From positions 1 to 11,539 of the forward strand of contig JAYGDX010000032.1 in the NCBI GenBank assembly GCA_046582655.1: a DNA stretch of 11,539 nt, given 5' to 3'. Origin of the DNA: Candidatus Poribacteria bacterium (GTDB lineage: Bacteria > Poribacteria > WGA-4E > UBA9662). Below the pieces are notes generated by a model, which was given only the letters and a program-made list of their open reading frames with translations, was not told where the DNA came from and made no database searches. The position numbers and the translations under genes were made by a program. This document shows, one piece after another, positions 1 to 6,769 of the stretch; the stretch's first letter is position 1; every line of letters starts with the position of its first letter.

Positions 1-29
1 CTAGCTGAAAGGTATTGTCAAGTTTGGGC

Positions 30-1151
30 CTAGTCTTCTTGCTCCGGCTTGAAATGCTCGAGACGGCGAAGCCAACGTTGCTCGTTCCGCCACTGCCAAC
101 GCACCTTAATCATGGCCCCGATCTCCAACTGATCGATGAACTCGGCAAAGTCGTCGACCAACTTCCCATCCTCCCGGATAGGAATGAACAAATTGACCTC
201 TTCTTGTCCATCTCTGGTTCTGATGCTGATAGAGCGGTCTTGCTTCTTAAGCAACTGACCGAAGAAGACGTTCTCACGCGCCTCGGCCTCATCTTCTTCG
301 TGCTCTTTCCGCTCTTGAGACTCATGGCGATGTTTTCTCGCTTTTGGAATGTCCAGTGCTTTAATGATGGCAATGGCCGTTTCCACCCCTCCACCTGTAT
401 CTCTCACCACCACCGAATTGGTATCCTGATCGTCCACCACCACGCCATCTTCCGACAAAAAGGCACTGATGATTTCGGCCAAGTTACCCGCATGGGCATA
501 TTTAAGGTGAATGATTTTTAGATGCTTTCTCGGTTTTTCCCGCTTTCGTCGATGCTCACGATAGATCTCTTCTAACTGCCGACGATTCTTCTCTAACTGC
601 CGACTCCACTGCTCCCGCTTCTCCGACTTGGGATGGTGCTCTAGTGCATATTCCAATTCTTTGATGTTGCCCTCTAGTTGCCGCTCCCGCTCCTCGGCTG
701 ATATTTTCCTCTTCTTGTTATTTAAATCAGCCAGTCGCTCCTCCAACATGTATTGGTACTTGACCAACTGATCCTCTGCTTGGTGTAGTTTTTTCTCTAT
801 TTCTTGTCGTTGTTCGCCCTCGCTCTTTTTGGCTTTAGCTCGCAGCTCCTGCAAATCATCCTCAGCACCTTTAATAGCATGCTGGATTTTGGGAAAGCGT
901 TGGCCAAGCAACTGTTTTAACTGGGCTTGATGCTCCTCTAACGAGGCCCTCCACTGCTCGGATTTTTCGGCTTTTGGATCACGCTCCAGTGCAGTTGAAA
1001 GTTCTTGGATGTTGCCTCTGGCTTGGCGAATGGCCTGGTCTAGTTCCTCGTTAGCCCAGCAGACTAAAATCAAACCCAGGGCTAAAACAACTGTTAAACT
1101 GAAAAATGTTACTCTCAGCAAGCGCGAAAAAAGTGGAACCCGGTGTTGCAT
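30..1151 (-). CDS. Exported/membrane-anchored coiled-coil protein with a single NolW-like (secretin N-terminal) domain and a C-terminal beta-rich domain (~373 aa)
   Basis: ORF 30..1175. An AGGAGA RBS lies 9 nt before the ATG at 1151 (MQHRVP...), so this is the likelier start. Hydrophobic N-terminus (FFSLTVVLALGLILVCWA), E/K/R/Q-rich helical region, and KIIHLKYAHAGNLAEII...VVVDDQDTNSVVVRDT...IIKALDIP matching the Secretin_N/NolW pattern. No secretin barrel follows. Confidence 0.8.
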   Translation of the reverse strand: MQHRVPLFSRLLRVTFFSLTVVLALGLILVCWANEELDQAIRQARGNIQELSTALERDPKAEKSEQWRASLEEHQAQLKQLLGQRFPKIQHAIKGAEDDLQELRAKAKKSEGEQRQEIEKKLHQAEDQLVKYQYMLEERLADLNNKKRKISAEERERQLEGNIKELEYALEHHPKSEKREQWSRQLEKNRRQLEEIYREHRRKREKPRKHLKIIHLKYAHAGNLAEIISAFLSEDGVVVDDQDTNSVVVRDTGGGVETAIAIIKALDIPKARKHRHESQERKEHEEDEAEARENVFFGQLLKKQDRSISIRTRDGQEEVNLFIPIREDGKLVDDFAEFIDQLEIGAMIKVRWQWRNEQRWLRRLEHFKPEQED

Positions 1152-1160
1152 GGTCGTTAA

Positions 1161-1166
1161 TCTCCT
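1161..1166 (-). promoter_or_regulatory. Shine-Dalgarno (AGGAGA) for the NolW-domain gene
   Basis: Minus strand reads TAAG-AGGAGA-TTAACGACC-ATG (ATG at 1151). Confidence 0.75.
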
Positions 1167-1258
1167 CTTAATCATTGCATTGTTAGATCTCTGACGTAGA
1201 TCAGTATTTGAGAACCAATAACTTACATTAGCTTAGAGCGGCTGAAGTCTTTGATTGG

Positions 1259-2563
1259 TTACGGCATGGGTAGCTGCAGGGATAAGGTTTGGCCTCGCCG
1301 CAGTATTTTGACCGGCACTCGGTCACCCGATTGATAGTTGAGTCGAATCAATAAATTGAACTGGGCCGTACTCATGGCCTGGCGGTTGCCCGCCACCTCG
1401 ATAATGATGTCGCCGTCTTTTAAACCTGCCCGCCTAGCTCCCTGGTTGGGAATCCATTTGGCCTTGAGAGCCATATCGGTTAAGGACAGACCCAGTTCCC
1501 GCTTCTCCTCAACCGTGATTTCAGGGGCATGAATGCCCACCCGTGGCCGTAGGTTCCACATCGAAGCTCGCCAGGAAATATCGGTTTGTCGCCAATTGCC
1601 CGTGAGAGAGACTGTTCGTTGTAGAGATTGTCCTTCTCGCTCAATTGTTAGTTGCAGATCGGCTACTGCAGGCAGTCCGTTCAGCACCCATTGCAAGTCG
1701 GCAATAGAGATGACGGGTTGTCCATTTGCCGTCTGAATTCGATCGCCAGCCTGTAGATCCGCCAATGCTGCTGCGGAGCTGGGTTCTATTGTTGCGATCA
1801 GGTTTCCTTCGTCCACCTCGATCTGTAGACCAATATTTTCGGGTAAAGGATAAACCCAAAGGTCGCCGGTGCTAAAAGTCCCTTGGTCGTAAGTCGTGTT
1901 TCGCCAGCCATCATAGATGTTGTGGCAATGGATACAGTTGCGAGGCCCCACCACTTGATTCAACTGCTTCTGCATCCGACTCCCCAGTCCGGGAATCTCT
2001 CTGGCTTGTTTCCATTTCGAAACTGGCAGATTTTTACCCAGTAGGCTGGCTCGGTTGACAGGATAGTTTTGGTGGAGTTCCAGAACACGCTCCATTGCCT
2101 TCTTCAGCGATGGTATCGAATTATAGGCCATCGGACCTTCCACCGATCGTGAGCTGTAGCGACCGTAAACCGTGCCATCGGCATTGATAAAGACAGCAGC
2201 CCAGGTCAGGTCATAGTCGAACTGGAATTGGGCCAGATCAACCCCTTTCATATGTACCACACGGACTTTAACGAATCGATTGGCCAGATCGACCAATTCT
2301 GAATTTTTACGGACAACCTGCCCGTCGAAGCTGAGGCACGCCTCTCACGGCACTCAGCGGAAGAGGGCAAAGATGGGGACATTCAGTTCTTTGGCTTTGG
2401 ACTTGGCTTGATCTAAGTCGCCATAAATCCAACCCGACCCGAGCTGATCCAGATCGCCTAACGTTTGTTGCAGGTTGGTCGGTTGATCCTCGGCTTCCGC
2501 CAGATCGGCAGTAAAACTGGTCAGCATCAGTGCTGCCCACATAACACGCATCAATCGTATCAT
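1259..2563 (-). CDS. Trx7/PDZ domain-containing selenoprotein with two in-frame UGA (Sec) codons, 434 aa
   Basis: ORFs 2354..2563 and 1259..2296 share a frame. The minus strand reads TTC CGC TGA GTG CCG TGA GAG GCG TGC CTC AGC TTC GAC GGG CAG GTT GTC = F-R-U-V-P-U-E-A-C-L-S-F-D-G-Q-V-V, matching the FRCxPCxxC..FD motif I recall for this family. Signal peptide (..LMLTSFTADLAEA), Trx-like WIYGDLDQAKSKAKELNVPIFALFR, FQFDYDLTWAAVFINADGTVYGRY, a CIHCH motif, and two PDZ domains. GAGGA RBS before ATG 2563. Confidence 0.9.
2309..2325 (-). promoter_or_regulatory. Bacterial SECIS-like hairpin within the CDS
   Basis: mRNA ACGGGCA-GGU-UGUCCGU forms a 7-bp stem (one G-U pair) with a G-first apical loop. 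Its core GCAGGUUGU resembles the E. coli fdhF SECIS apex GCAGGUCUGC. The loop begins 26 nt after the second UGA and 35 nt after the first. Confidence 0.7.
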
Positions 2564-2640
2564 TGGATCCTCTTCAAGTTAATCATTAATTATGGGATTG
2601 AAAATGAACCTTTAGAATCGCATTGGATGTTTCCATATTA

Positions 2641-4779
2641 CTACAGGCTGGTGTAGTAAGTCAATTTGGTCAACAGCGTCCAACCCTCCGTTTGCCAGCC
2701 ATCGGCAGTTTTCATGCGCCGGTCATACACCAGATAAAAGTCGCTGCCCGGACGATAGATGTAGCGGAGCAGAAAGTTGAGGTTGGCGTATTGGCGGGCG
2801 TCGTTCCACTGGGTGTAGAGTTTGATGAAGAAGCGCGTGTTGAGGGAAAAGTTGAGTCTGGCTCCCACGACGTTGGCCTCAAACCGTTGATCATCCACAC
2901 GAATCTGGTTACGGTTATAGCGTAAGTCCAACGACAGTTGGTGAGTCATTCTCCATTTGCTATCCAGGCCAAATCCGACCATGCGACCTTGATAGTAGTC
3001 GCCAAGGCTGATGTCTCCGCCCATGGCTAACGGCCGGCGACCTGCAGACATGGCTTGTAGCGAGAAAGTCTGCATCTGGTAGGTATCAGCTGGTACCTCA
3101 ATCTCACCGACAGAGAAAGACTCCTCCACCACGTCTTCTGAGAGCGAGAAATCGATCCCGCCACCATCGCCCGAATCCAGGTTCAGCCCTATGGCAATCT
3201 GAGCCTCAGAGCCTAACCCCTGATTCTGGTGGTTGAGCAGGTAGCCCTGATGCCATTGGGCATCCAGCGAGCGGATCTGGTACTTATTGGGTCGCCAGGT
3301 TAAACTCAGATCGGAGCTAAAGGCACGGATGTCTCTCCGCCGCACAAAGCCGAGATCCGAAGTGAAGTCGGGGCCGATATCCAGAAAGGAGGTTGTCCAA
3401 TGCAGCCAATCGTTGGACCAGTGATGTGCCAGATGCCAGGCCAGTCCAGATTGAGATTGTTGTCCCTCCAGACTTCCCGCCACCAGGCCATTGATCCGCC
3501 ATCGGTCGTGCAGCCGCAGAGCCAGATCCAGACCACCGTTCCGCTGATAGTCAGAACCGCCGCCTTGCCGATTAGTCAGGATCAGCCCCAGGTTGGACTG
3601 GCTCAAAATGTCCCGTTGAACACGAATGACTGAGAAATTGGTCATCGGCACGCTGTTGTCGGGCTGGTCATCTCCATTGCCGGTCGAGGCTGCTGAGGAG
3701 AATTCAGTTTGGACGGTGATCAGGTTGAGTAGGCCTAGACTGTAAGGCCCTACTTTGCCGGTCATTTTGCCGCCACCGAGAATCGGTACTTTGCGCCCCT
3801 GGTACAGGCCGATCCGGCGACTATAGAATAGATTCAGTGGTGGTGCCATTTCACCTCCGTCGGCACCGAAAGTGAACCGCCCGCTTCCTTCCAGGAAGAA
3901 CTCACGCTTTTCAGGGAAATAGAGGCTAAAGCGGGTTAAGTTGACCTCCTCCCGATCGGCTTCCACTTGGGCAAAGTCGGTATTGACAGTTAGGTCCAAG
4001 GTCAGATTAGGGCTAATCCCATACTTGGTATCCAGTCCCGCATTCAACAGTAGCGGTTTTTCTTGAGCTAAGTGATCGGTCAGTCCGCCAATAGCATAGG
4101 GCTTGAAGCTCAAGTGAGCAGGAGATTGAATACCTTCCAGGCCAACTAGCCGTCCCGCATAAACAGGTCGGTAAGTACCGGGCCAGCTTTCGTTGCGCGG
4201 TACCAGCATCCACTGCGATGATTCGTTGGTCCGCATGATGTTGCGACCAAAATTGATGCCCCAGACCATGGAATCGGCTTGGCGGAACCGAAGTTGGTCG
4301 AAAGGGATGGCGATTTCGACCGTCCAGCCTTGGTCGTGCCGGTGTCCAACTGACTCCCAAACGCAGTCCCAACTGCCGTTGACACGGTGGCCGCCGTCGG
4401 TGACCGCACTGTCGGCTTGGGCTCCCAGTGCATTGGTGCGAAAGAAAAATCCGCTCCGCTTGCCACCGTAAGGATCGATCAGCAGATACACGTTGTCGTT
4501 TTGCCACAACATGCCGTCGCGTTTCATCTCGTTGGCCACGATTTGATTGGGCTGAGAATCGAAACACTCAAAGCCAATATACAATTTCTGGGCATCGAAC
4601 AGGACTCGGACGACCGTCTGCTCGGAAGCAGGTTCGCTGAGTCGCCCATCGACCATAACCGGTGTCTCTGTCCAATGGGCATAAGCAGTCCGTTTCTGAC
4701 TGGCTTGGGGCTGGCCGGTTACGTTAAATAAGGTAATCATTAGCATCCACACTGACCAAGGCATGGTACTAAAATTCAT
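2641..4779 (-). CDS. CBM9-like sugar-binding domain + DUF5916 outer-membrane (probable beta-barrel) protein, 712 aa
   Basis: Signal peptide. CBM9-like N-terminus (VMVDGRLSEP, LYIGFECFD, GWTVEIAIPFDQLRF, WGINFGR). DUF5916 hallmarks LDLTVNTDFAQVEAD, NLTRFSLYFPEKREFFLEG and LFYSRRIG. Amphipathic beta-strand C-terminus ending LLTKLTYYTSL. AGGAG RBS 7 nt upstream of ATG. Confidence 0.9.
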   Translation of the reverse strand: MNFSTMPWSVWMLMITLFNVTGQPQASQKRTAYAHWTETPVMVDGRLSEPASEQTVVRVLFDAQKLYIGFECFDSQPNQIVANEMKRDGMLWQNDNVYLLIDPYGGKRSGFFFRTNALGAQADSAVTDGGHRVNGSWDCVWESVGHRHDQGWTVEIAIPFDQLRFRQADSMVWGINFGRNIMRTNESSQWMLVPRNESWPGTYRPVYAGRLVGLEGIQSPAHLSFKPYAIGGLTDHLAQEKPLLLNAGLDTKYGISPNLTLDLTVNTDFAQVEADREEVNLTRFSLYFPEKREFFLEGSGRFTFGADGGEMAPPLNLFYSRRIGLYQGRKVPILGGGKMTGKVGPYSLGLLNLITVQTEFSSAASTGNGDDQPDNSVPMTNFSVIRVQRDILSQSNLGLILTNRQGGGSDYQRNGGLDLALRLHDRWRINGLVAGSLEGQQSQSGLAWHLAHHWSNDWLHWTTSFLDIGPDFTSDLGFVRRRDIRAFSSDLSLTWRPNKYQIRSLDAQWHQGYLLNHQNQGLGSEAQIAIGLNLDSGDGGGIDFSLSEDVVEESFSVGEIEVPADTYQMQTFSLQAMSAGRRPLAMGGDISLGDYYQGRMVGFGLDSKWRMTHQLSLDLRYNRNQIRVDDQRFEANVVGARLNFSLNTRFFIKLYTQWNDARQYANLNFLLRYIYRPGSDFYLVYDRRMKTADGWQTEGWTLLTKLTYYTSL

Positions 4780-5211
4780 CTGCTAACTCCTGATGTGTGT
4801 TCGACGAGATTGTAACTTCAGTAGTTCAAAATATAAAAGCATGAATAGTCCCATATGCCGACTTGAGTTGCTAATCAAGCAATGAGGCAATAAAGAGTAA
4901 AGGAATTGTTGGTTGCAGCTTTGCCTCTGCGAATATAGAGTCTTATTTCCTTTCAATTTCTCTCTGAAAACACGAAAAAACGGAACACAATGGAATTCTG
5001 ATGGTTACTAGTTTTTGTGGCTTTATATTTATGTTCCACTCCTTGCTAGTGTGGATGGTTGGGCGGCTTTATAGGAAGGATTATTATAACCCAAATTGTG
5101 GCCTATAAACAGTTGGAAGTAAAGGCAACGATAAACAGAACAATTTTGAGTTCAAATCCTTGTACTGCAGCGTCAAATGTCATCGATTCATGTCTCGCTT
5201 CCGAGGGTTAT

Positions 5212-5892
5212 TCATTCCAAGAACAAGCAGCCGATGTCGCAGGTGGTATCGTGGCAATACCACAGTACGCCTTCGTGTATAGTCATACCATGGACTTCGG
5301 TGGGCGCCTCGACGCGAGCGACATCGTAAACGCGTCCCGAGGTCGAATCCAGCAGGCAGATAGTGCCAGCCGAGGTGTCGGCCGCCCACAGTCTGCCATT
5401 GGTAGCCCAAGCTAATCCGTGCACACGCAGCCCCGGAGTACGAAAGGCATATTCCTCCTGCCAATTCTTGGGGTCTATAACGTGGATCATCTGAGAAGGT
5501 GGTGAAGCCACGTAAAGCTTGCCACCACGCCATTCTAAACCGTGAGCGCCAGTAAATTGAGGATTTTCTTGGTCTTCATTAAAGGAGATGACACCGGAGC
5601 CAGGCGAATCGTATTTGGCTATAGTAGCACCAGTTGCTAGGTCTAGTTGGGCGATTTTGTTTTCGTAGGTGGAGGCGATCCACAGATAACCATCGCCTAC
5701 AGTTATGCCGCTAGAGTGCACGGTATCAGTTTGGGCTTCAAAAAGGGTTTCACCCGTTTGGTAATCCAAGCGGTGCACTTTATGGTTAGCTTGGTCGATG
5801 CACCACAGACCGTCGGGGGCAGCCTGAAGGCCATTGGGATGGGAACCAGGACTTTTGAACAGTTTCTCTACTCTGGCGAATTTTATGGACAT
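5212..5892 (-). CDS. Cytoplasmic five-bladed beta-propeller protein (glutamine cyclotransferase/Vgb/SMP-30-like superfamily), 226 aa
   Basis: Five ~40-aa blades: HPNGLQAAPDGLWCID, HSSGITVGDGYLWIAS, GAHGLEWRGGKLYVAS, RVHGLAWATNGRLWAAD, EVHGMTIHEGVLWYCH. AAAGGAAG RBS upstream of ATG; no signal peptide. Confidence 0.8.
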   Translation of the reverse strand: MSIKFARVEKLFKSPGSHPNGLQAAPDGLWCIDQANHKVHRLDYQTGETLFEAQTDTVHSSGITVGDGYLWIASTYENKIAQLDLATGATIAKYDSPGSGVISFNEDQENPQFTGAHGLEWRGGKLYVASPPSQMIHVIDPKNWQEEYAFRTPGLRVHGLAWATNGRLWAADTSAGTICLLDSTSGRVYDVARVEAPTEVHGMTIHEGVLWYCHDTTCDIGCLFLE

Positions 5893-6094
5893 GATCTGAC
5901 TTCCTTTATTTTATTAATCTGCTGACGATCCCAATTTACCAGATCTTCGTTTCCTCATCGAGTCGGGTTTTGACATCGGCGTTTGTTTTATGTATTCCGG
6001 TAATCAATGGTGGTTTAAGGGTATAGGTGTTTTATCAGAACCAACCTAAAGACGAGTGAGTTGTTGAGTGCCAAGTTGCAGAACTAGCTTTGGC

Positions 6095-6124
6095 ATTATA
6101 TCACGATTGCCGTGTCGGGGTAAA
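6095..6124 (-). promoter_or_regulatory. Putative sigma70 promoter (extended -10) for the beta-propeller gene
   Basis: Minus strand TTTACC-N18-TATAAT with TG at the extended position (TGATATAAT, 6103-6095), about 200 nt upstream of ATG 5892. Confidence 0.5.
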
Positions 6125-6332
6125 GAGGCGGATTTGATGTCAGCAGTTGGGATTGACGAATCGTGTGGCATACGATGACAACAGACAAGTCGGCTGGTGT
6201 CAACCCGGCTATCTCAAGCTATGCCATTCTTGATGGTGGGATGGAGTACTGTGTTAGGTTGTTTTGGAAGCTTGTCTTTTGCGCTGGGAAATTATCCGAC
6301 GCTTTGTATGTACCGCCGTCGGTATATTATTG

Positions 6333-6640
6333 TCAGGATTGATATTCCTTGACTGCTTCCAATGCTTCTGGTGTGCCTATCTTCTTTAGTACCTTTGCCG
6401 TATTATCACGAACAGACTTATTCTGATCTTGCAATGCCGGAATCAGAGCAGCCACGGCATCCTCTGATTCTATATCCCTAATGCATATACCTCACCACTA
6501 CGAACCTCTGAATCCTGATACTGCCATTGTTTGATTAGTCTTGCAACCTTCTGCTCAGGAGTTCCACATCCACCCATCCACATACCAGCCAACCCCCACA
6601 AAGACAGATACCGCAACAACTGATCTTTGAACCATGACAT
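6333..6640 (-). pseudogene. HEAT-repeat lipoprotein, frameshifted
   Basis: Not in the ORF track. Manual translation gives MSWFKDQLLRYLSLWGLAGMWMGG-C-GTPEQKVARLIKQWQYQDSEVRSGEVYALG, then a frameshift near 6477, then DIESEDAVAALIPALQDQNKSVRDNTAKVLKKIGTPEALEAVKEYQS* (TGA 6335-6333). Lipobox-like GGC and two HEAT/PBS-lyase-like repeats. Confidence 0.8.
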
Positions 6641-6730
6641 TCACCTTTCGTATATAAGGTTTGATATTGATCATACGGCACCCACCCACTTAATCACTTT
6701 CAATGCGTCCATAGCCATCCTGAATCACCT

Positions 6731-6769
6731 AGTGGTAAAGGAGTAAAAGACGTGCACGGACAGTGGTAA
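6731..6769. repeat. Short direct repeats and a palindrome immediately after the FGE gene stop
   Basis: AGTGGTAA occurs at 6731-6738 and 6762-6769, with a related GGAGTAAA between them and a perfect palindrome CGTGCACG at 6751-6758. Confidence 0.5.

Noticed and set aside
2354..2563. 69-aa ORF as an independent small protein, or the Trx7/PDZ gene as a pseudogene
   Set aside because: It is in frame with the downstream ORF, both stops are TGA at motif Cys positions, a SECIS-like hairpin follows, and there are no other lesions.
4013..4567. 184-aa alternative-frame ORF inside the DUF5916 gene
   Set aside because: It is Arg/Ser-rich off-frame sequence fully overlapping a conserved CDS.
4780..5211. 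430-nt AT-rich intergenic region with a GAGGCAA...TTGCCTC inverted repeat, considered as ncRNA, riboswitch or MITE
   Set aside because: There is only a 7-bp stem with a long spacer, and no recognisable RNA motif, terminal repeats or target-site duplication.
6065..6230. Several TGGCA motifs as sigma54 promoters
   Set aside because: None has TTGC at the required -12 spacing.
6296..6322. CCGACG...CGTCGG inverted repeat after the HEAT pseudogene as an intrinsic terminator
   Set aside because: It has a 6-bp stem with a 15-nt loop and no proper U-tract; too weak to call.
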